A DNA stretch of 64,000 nt from Cellvibrionales bacterium (GTDB taxonomy: Bacteria; Pseudomonadota; Gammaproteobacteria; Pseudomonadales; DT-91): positions 568-64,567 of the forward strand of contig JAPOUS010000133.1 in NCBI GenBank assembly GCA_026708525.1. Reading direction: 5' to 3'. A program made the position numbers and the translations under genes. A model generated the notes under the pieces. The model was not told where the DNA came from. It ran no database searches and saw nothing but the letters and a program-made list of their open reading frames with translations. Shown one piece after another: positions 60,955 to 64,000 of this stretch (position 1 is the first letter of the stretch; each line of letters starts with the position of its first letter).

Positions 60955-62565
60955 TTATTTAAAAATGGCCTTTATGCTGATGCCGATCACTTTAAGTAAA
61001 GCTTTGATTTTATCTTTCATTGAGCGTTTAAAAAGTAACTGCAATGAAGCTTTGGATTTTTCATAATCCAAAGGTTTTACCGGGAATAGTTTTGGTGGGA
61101 TTTCCAATGGAAACCGATCGGCTAAAATAGCTTTAGGGGTTGTGTAAGCACGTAAACCCTCGCGACCATTCATCACGCCATAGCCTGAATATTTTGTGCC
61201 ACCAAAAGGTAAATCCTGGTTGACATAGCAAAGTCCAAAATCATTAATACACACGGCGCCGGATTCGATTTGTTTAGCGATTGTTTCTCCGCGCTGTCTA
61301 TCATGCGTAATGACAGAAGATTGCAAACCAAGGTTAGAATCATTGGCCATGCGAATAGCATCGGCTTCAGAATCTGCTTTAAAAATAAGCATCACAGGGC
61401 CAAAGACCTCGGTCGAAACAATGTCCATGTCATCTGTGAGGTCTGTCAAAATAGTTGGCGGGAAAAAGTTCTGACCAAGATCCGTGCGGCGCTTGCCACC
61501 AGCTAAAACGTTAGCGCCTTTGGCTATGGCATCATTAACAAGCTGTTCGACAATGGCGATTTGATGCGGCGAAGTTAAAGAGCCCACATCGGTTACCCCA
61601 GGGCCTGAAGGTACTTGTTGACGCATACTGTTGGCAATACTTGAAACTTCTCGACAAAAATCTTCGTATTGGTTTTTATGAACAATAATGCGCTCTGAGG
61701 CGACACAGTTTTGCCCAAGGTTGATAAAGCAGCCACCAATTGCCGAGTGAACGGCTTTTTCTAGGTGTGCATCTTCACAAACAATCATAGGGTCTTTTCC
61801 GCCGAGTTCCATGACCACAGGAGTAATGTGTTTGGCAGAGGCTTCAATAATGCGGCGACCGTTTTCGACCGAGCCTATAAATAAAATCTTATCGACGCGG
61901 GCATCAATCAGGGCAGCACCTGTTGGGCCAAAGCCTTGAACAATTTGCACGGTATCTAAGCTAATGCCTTCTTTGGCTAACGCTTGATGAATGACTTTTA
62001 AAAACTGCTGGCTCGAAAATGCGACTTGCTCAGAGGGTTTTAAAATCACCGAATTACCGGCCATTAATGGCGCAACTAACGAGCTAATAATATTTTGAAG
62101 CGGGTAATTCCAAGGGATAATGCACGCAACAACACCTAAGGGCACATAATCAATGCGGCCTTTTTTATGCATCAAAATACCTGATCCAACGTTTTCTGGC
62201 TTTAGGTGTTTTTCGCTATGTTTAATCAACCAAGCGATTTTGTTGCACGTTGGCATGATTTCACCAAGCAATGCATTTTCAAAAGTTTTTCCTGCGTCGG
62301 CGACGATTTGGCTGCAAATTTCATCCGTATGATCCAGTAAATATTCACTGATATGCGAAAGGACAGCCTTGCGTTTTTTGAATGAACTTTTTGCCCAGAC
62401 TTTTTGAGCAGCGCGTGCGCGCTCGACAGCTTGCTGCACATCTGCTGAGGTATCAACAACCACAGTACCAAGGGAATCACCTGTGGCTGGGTTGGTGCAT
62501 TCAATAACCTCCACTGAGGCTTGCGTATTCTGTGGTGCTGCTTCGCTGATCACTGTGTTTTCCAT
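60955..62565 (-). CDS. aldehyde dehydrogenase with a C-terminal amphipathic extension
   Basis: ALDH motifs are ELGGKD (general base Glu), GQNCVASER (catalytic Cys) and PFGGTKYSGYG. About 60-65 residues follow the usual ALDH end and finish in KDKIKALLKVIGISIKAIFK. The start is ambiguous: ATG 62565 (MENTV.., 17 nt after the TetR stop) or GTG 62616 (overlapping tetR). Confidence 0.85.
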   Translation of the reverse strand: MENTVISEAAPQNTQASVEVIECTNPATGDSLGTVVVDTSADVQQAVERARAAQKVWAKSSFKKRKAVLSHISEYLLDHTDEICSQIVADAGKTFENALLGEIMPTCNKIAWLIKHSEKHLKPENVGSGILMHKKGRIDYVPLGVVACIIPWNYPLQNIISSLVAPLMAGNSVILKPSEQVAFSSQQFLKVIHQALAKEGISLDTVQIVQGFGPTGAALIDARVDKILFIGSVENGRRIIEASAKHITPVVMELGGKDPMIVCEDAHLEKAVHSAIGGCFINLGQNCVASERIIVHKNQYEDFCREVSSIANSMRQQVPSGPGVTDVGSLTSPHQIAIVEQLVNDAIAKGANVLAGGKRRTDLGQNFFPPTILTDLTDDMDIVSTEVFGPVMLIFKADSEADAIRMANDSNLGLQSSVITHDRQRGETIAKQIESGAVCINDFGLCYVNQDLPFGGTKYSGYGVMNGREGLRAYTTPKAILADRFPLEIPPKLFPVKPLDYEKSKASLQLLFKRSMKDKIKALLKVIGISIKAIFK

Positions 62566-62582
62566 AAATGTATTCTTTTGTA

Positions 62583-63170
62583 TTATTTCGTCAATCCAAG
62601 AGGGGGTAATAGCCACGCGTTGATAAATGCACGAAGCGATTCGACATCTCTCGGCTCTGGCCCTTGCAAGGTTAAAAGAGATAAAAACGTTCTCAGGGCG
62701 ATTTCTGCTTGCTGTTCTCGACTGATGTCATCTGTAGGCGCATCACCAATCAGAAATTCAACAATGGCGGTTGTAATAGCAAAGCCTGCTTCTGTGGTTA
62801 ATGTGTGTTCATTAACCATTTTGTTGAGATTGTGATCAGTGATCAGCATTAAACACGGTTCGTTAGGGAGTGTTTGCAAGGCAAATAAGGTGGCTTCAAC
62901 CAGCCGTTCAGCACCTTGGGGGACTTCTTCAATGGCGCTCGCAATTTTTTCAACAAAACAGTAGCCGCTGTGGAGAAGCGCAAATCGTATGACATCATCA
63001 CGATTTAAGTAGTGAGTATAAACGGTTGATCGGGCGACGTTTGCCTCAGTGGCAATGTCGTTCAGCGTGGTTTTTTGTAGCCCTAATCGGCCAACACAAC
63101 GAATGGCCGCATCGAGTATTTGCGCTTGTGTATCCGTAAGTTCTGGTTTTTCGGGGATGGATAGAAGCAT
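62583..63170 (-). CDS. TetR/AcrR-family transcriptional regulator
   Basis: 195 aa. The N-terminal HTH is ILDAAIRCVGRLGLQKTTLNDIATEANVARSTVYTHYLNRDDV. It is the first gene of a same-strand, tightly spaced four-gene unit. Confidence 0.88.
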   Translation of the reverse strand: MLLSIPEKPELTDTQAQILDAAIRCVGRLGLQKTTLNDIATEANVARSTVYTHYLNRDDVIRFALLHSGYCFVEKIASAIEEVPQGAERLVEATLFALQTLPNEPCLMLITDHNLNKMVNEHTLTTEAGFAITTAIVEFLIGDAPTDDISREQQAEIALRTFLSLLTLQGPEPRDVESLRAFINAWLLPPLGLTK

Positions 63171-63221
63171 TGTTTTCTTTATCCGTAAAGTGCTTATGTG
63201 TTATTTAAAATGATTCAAAAC

Positions 63222-63252
63222 AACAAGACATATTTTGTCTATTTGTCTTGTT
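63222..63252. promoter_or_regulatory. inverted repeat upstream of tetR (candidate TetR operator or mobA terminator)
   Basis: AACAAGACA, 13 nt, TGTCTTGTT (perfect 9-bp arms). It lies 52-82 nt upstream of the tetR ATG and 43-73 nt downstream of the mobA stop. Confidence 0.4.
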
Positions 63253-63294
63253 AGGGTACGGTTTTCGCCTTTCATCGCAAGCGTTGTGTAAAAT

Positions 63295-63909
63295 TTACCC
63301 GGCTAAATGTGAAAGAAGTCCGGAATAATCTTCAGGCGAGTTGAGGTTCGAATAGAAACTGGGGCTCGTAAATTCTACAGCTAAAGCGTTATGTTTTTTG
63401 TACCACGGCATGACTGCTCGGTTGCCTGAATCCAGCCAGGCAATGACATCGTCAGTTAAATCAGTGTGTATGAGTGCCTGTAGTGGTTGGAATCTGCCAA
63501 TGTGGTTTAGAAAAATTATGGGCGAAGAGGGAGGGGTTGTAGCTGTGAATAATAAGGATAAAACAGCATTCATGTCACCAAAGCAGTCAGTGCTGGCAAC
63601 CCAAAGCCATGCGTTATGGGTTTTTTTAAGGCCCGCTGCAATAGCTGAGAGTGGCCCTTCATCGGTTGCATAATAATCGTCAATAAACTCAGCTTGATGA
63701 GAGGCCACCCAGGGCTGAATGCTTGTGGCTTTATCTCTAGCTGCAATATAGAGGGTTTGGCTTAATGGAGCCATTTGCTCAGTGAGGTGAGTGATAAGCG
63801 GTTTGCCGCTAACCTCGAGTAGGGCTTTGGGGTGCCCCATGCGGCGGCTTTGGCCGCCGGCAAGAATCAGACTGTCGATGGTCTGGTGCTTGGGGCTATG
63901 GATAAGCAT
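63295..63909 (-). CDS. mobA: molybdenum cofactor guanylyltransferase
   Basis: LILAGGQSRRMG..PKALLEV.GKPLI is the MobA N-terminal signature. The track start at 63978 is TTG. ATG 63909 (MLIHSPKHQ) gives about 204 aa. Confidence 0.8.
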   Translation of the reverse strand: MLIHSPKHQTIDSLILAGGQSRRMGHPKALLEVSGKPLITHLTEQMAPLSQTLYIAARDKATSIQPWVASHQAEFIDDYYATDEGPLSAIAAGLKKTHNAWLWVASTDCFGDMNAVLSLLFTATTPPSSPIIFLNHIGRFQPLQALIHTDLTDDVIAWLDSGNRAVMPWYKKHNALAVEFTSPSFYSNLNSPEDYSGLLSHLAG

Positions 63910-64000
63910 GGCCAGAAGGTGGCAATGGCTCACCGTTAAAAATGGCTTTTCCTTCAATAAAACGGAGTTTCCCTTCAAGAAACCAGTTTACTGCGAGCGG
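63896..64000 (-). CDS. 3' end of an upstream ORF running off the window (unidentified)
   Basis: A frame open from the window edge reads ..PLAVNWFLEGKLRFIEGKAIFNGEPLPPSGHAYP*. Its stop (63896-98) overlaps the preferred mobA start by 14 nt. Only 34 codons are visible, so there is no family call. Confidence 0.25.
   Translation of the reverse strand, partial: PLAVNWFLEGKLRFIEGKAIFNGEPLPPSGHAYP

Noticed and set aside
63910-63978. Upstream extension of mobA to the TTG at 63978
   Set aside because: The MobA signature begins right after ATG 63909. The extension overlaps another frame that is open to the window edge.

Overview
This is a core chromosomal segment of a moderately AT-rich gammaproteobacterium (GC judged by eye only). 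The gene order resembles Pseudomonas/Oceanospirillales. From left to right it holds: PilZ, tal, dusA, tRNA-Leu; an orphan mlaC-like gene followed by ibaG-murA-hisG-hisD; degS, nif3, zapG/zapE; rplM-rpsI; petABC; sspAB; a diaA-like gene, yraN and lpoA, divergent from rsmI; rnpB (RNase P RNA); the complete dcw cluster mraZ-rsmH-ftsL-ftsI-murE-murF-mraY-murD-ftsW-murG-murC-ddl-ftsQ-ftsA-ftsZ, then lpxC; an M23 peptidase; secA-argJ-mutT; yacG-coaE; two identical initiator tRNA-fMet genes bracketing a porin gene; a PlsC-type acyltransferase; a DUF349 protein; dinG and yqcC; a lipoprotein and a LysR regulator; a four-gene TetR/aldehyde dehydrogenase/fatty-acid-hydroxylase/3-beta-HSD-type SDR operon; and mobA. 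The ORF track uses GTG/TTG as well as ATG starts, so I re-placed several starts (hisG, petC, murE, yraN, yacG, coaE, DUF349, acyltransferase, SDR, ALDH, mobA, PilZ, M23, LysR). I found no CRISPR array, intact mobile element or recognisable defence system. The best candidate for an uncharacterised system is the membrane-associated lipid-oxidation cassette at 59.2-63.2 kb. Smaller oddities: an orphan lower-GC ORF between sspB and the diaA-like gene; a porin gene sitting between duplicated tRNA-fMet units whose acceptor end is U1/U72; an enlarged AT-rich P12 arm in RNase P RNA; a phased GTGG operator in front of mraZ; and a possible decayed transposase remnant at the left edge. All functional calls rest on motif and family recognition by eye. 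No database search was run.
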